Source: Perkinsus olseni
Taxonomy: Eukaryota
Direction: 5' to 3'
DNA length: 64,000 nucleotides
NCBI GenBank assembly: GCA_013115125.1
Contig: JABANN010000054.1
Location: forward strand, 1-64,000
The notes beneath the pieces are model-generated. The model saw only the letters and a program-made list of their open reading frames with translations, searched no databases and was not told where the DNA came from. Of this stretch, positions 61,661 to 64,000 are shown one piece after another (within the stretch, counting starts at the first letter, position 1; each line of letters opens with the position of its first letter). The position numbers and the translations under genes are program-made.

Positions 61661-62919
61661 TCATAGAGTTGCATCGAGGGCACTGGACGTAGGTGGCATG
61701 AGGGGCGAACCTAAGGGGAGAGCAGCAGCAGCATCATCATCAACTAGGCATGGGGACCGAGGTCCTACTCTAATAGAGTATGGCATCTGTAGCACTCCAA
61801 TCGAGGCTGTGGCGGAGGCTGAGCAGCAACACAGGCTGACAAGAGTGGCAGCCACAGTGTGAATGCTCACCTCCACAATCCGCCTGTTATTGCTAGCTAT
61901 CGAGGTAATGCTCCCATCAGGATTCTCAATAAAAAACGCTTCCGGTGTTGCTGTTCCGGGGTCCCCGGCAGACGCGACAGTCGTAGACATCGAAGAATGG
62001 CTAAAAGCAAGCAACTGCAGGGTAGCTCTCAACAGCCCATGCACTCGGGAAGTGCATCTCGATTCCCAGCACCGTTGTCTATGCCCGTGAACCCTCAGAC
62101 CCCTATGTTCCGACAGTGAAAACGTTTGTACAGTAGCTTATCATCACGATACTAGGTACCATCGTCATCATCGAGGTCTGCATAGAGGGATGCCCGAAAG
62201 TCCCCTCCAGAGGCTCTGATGTCCTGCAACTGCTCGCTAATCGATCCAGCGTCAAGGTCCTCATACCGCACTAATCGGGTCTTGTCCACCATAACCTGTG
62301 AGCAGCCCTGATCGACGTCGTTAGGCCAGTTTCCTTCTCCCCACCTCCTTCTCTATGCCCTTCAGCTTCATTGCCTCCCATCGGGTAGCGTCCGACGTAT
62401 CTCTCTTCTGTCGCTTCCTGGGCCTGATGATGGGAAGACGACACTCTACACTACGACAGGCTTCCTCAAACCCCACCCTTCTTGACCGCCATTGCCGTTC
62501 TCTAACGACGATGTGCTTCTGATGCTGTCAAGACTACTACTCCGAGAGCTGTGACTACTGGCGACCGATCGAGGGCTCAGAAGAGCTGAACTAGAAGAGG
62601 AGGAGGAAGAGACGCTCCTTTCGGACGCTGCAGAGGGGGACCTGATAGGTGTGCCGTTTCAAACGCTCGCGAGTTTCGAGCCATCCTCACCGAGATCTAG
62701 CAGACGGTGGCCCATGATCTCTGCTTCTACTCCGCGATCGCTCTGGTGGCCGGGGACTCCCAGAGCGGCTCCGGCTGCTATTGCGACTGGAGCGTAGAGA
62801 GGCCGGCTTAGAGGACTGACCGATAGCGATGCCCCTCCGTGGCGGCATCCTGGCGGGGAGCAGAGAAAAATATGGTACAACGACTGGGGTAGAACACTGC
62901 GGGCACTTGAACGAAACAT
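61661..62919 (-). CDS. hypothetical protein with an RS/Ser-rich region, multi-exon
   Basis: Frames give SRNSSRSRSGSPRPPERSRSRSR, Ser runs, RWEAMKLKGIEKE and LVRYEDL; exon joins uncertain. Confidence 0.4.
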
Positions 62920-63068
62920 TGCAGGTGCTGCCGTTTATGAAGATAATGGCATTAAGAAAACTGATAAGTGTCCAGAATACTACTATGATAGTAACATGAT
63001 GATGGACTGCTGGCTAATATGAAGGACCCTTAGAAAGGAAGGTTTCCGTTGGTATACCCTTGCTGCGA

Positions 63069-64000
63069 TCAGTGGGTGTGGCTTCCGTAGATGGGCCTAC
63101 CGAAGGAGCGATGAGAACCGGAGAAGACTCCGCTGAGGTCCCTTACTGAGCGACAGGACCGATGCTGGTAGTCGTGGTGCTGTGCCGGTAGTCCGTTGCC
63201 ACTCTTCAACACTTGTCCGTGTAGCATTCTGGGTGACCTAATGCGACCGAGTAAGGCCATCTCTCCTCTCCCCATCCCCTACATGGTATCGCCCTTCGCA
63301 AGTCTTCAGCCTCTCAGCTCTGACCGCTACCTGAGTACAACTGCTGTGTGCAGGACCGTTACACAAGTGTTCTCACCAGTTTGGCCTTCTGCATCTCCAA
63401 GGCTGTGATAACGAGACCCCTATCCTGCTCGGCCTGCCGTTGCCTCTCCGCCCATATTTGATTCCTCTTCTCTAAGGTCCTCTGAGCACAACATCCCGTC
63501 GAGCAGGAAGTAGCGGTGGACCCCCTCCTACCCTAGTCCGGTATGTGTCTTGTATGCTCTTCTGGAGCTCCTTCACCTTAGCCTCAGCCTCATGCAATCT
63601 CCGCTTCTCGTCTTCAATCACCTTTCGTATATCCTCCTCCTCTTCCCCACCTAATACCACCTTGCTGACCCCTCCACATAGCCGACCGGGCTCACCCTGT
63701 ACTCCACCCTCGTCGGCAGCTCCCACGGCATGCTCACCAGCAAGCCTACGGGCCTCATCCACATCTTTGCGGGCCTCGTCTAACCATTGCTTGGTAAGAA
63801 GCATAGCCTTCTCTGATGACTCTATCGACTTCTCAAGCTTCGCTTTCTACATGAAGACGTCCTAGCTTTTTCGCTCCTGCCTACGTCCTACCTTATCCGC
63901 TATGTCCCTATTATCCTGCCGTAGAGCCTCAAGCCTGGCCCCAGCCTGCCGCAACTGCTGCCTTATCTGCTGCTGCTGACGGAGCTGCAGACGTACTCTG
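63069..64000 (-). CDS. 3' part of a coiled-coil protein (runs beyond the window)
   Basis: WLDEARKDVDEARRL, IEDEKRRLHEAEAKVKELQK, GT..AG introns. Confidence 0.55.

Overview
Eukaryotic, very gene-dense DNA with many short (mostly about 40-60 nt) GT-AG introns. The gene content and intron style best fit a perkinsid alveolate such as Perkinsus; this is inference and no search was run. About 35 genes were rebuilt by hand-splicing ORF fragments, so exon boundaries and some termini are approximate. Recognisable genes: alpha-SNAP, a multi-USP protein, an LRAT-like protein, a UBC E2, an FKBP-TPR-cyclophilin dual immunophilin, DPH1, OLA1/YchF, a TFIIS-N-domain protein, LPCAT, an RlmI/RlmK-like methyltransferase, an Rpp20/Alba-like protein, iodotyrosine deiodinase, MOCS2B, an EF-hand/RCC1 protein, STYX, a CCCH zinc finger, a SET protein, an ankyrin protein, an NDR kinase and a HAD phosphatase. 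The most striking observations: (1) a tandem pair of spliced, apparently mitochondrion-targeted genes, each with two bacterial SpoVS-like (Alba-fold) repeats; (2) intronless secreted proteins carrying NLS-like motifs, one frameshifted by a 7-bp duplication; (3) tandem RAP1-type Myb genes; (4) an E2 with an MGC dual-acylation start; (5) a dispersed ~75-bp palindromic element; (6) a tRNA-Gly relic. No CRISPR array, rRNA or intact transposon was seen.
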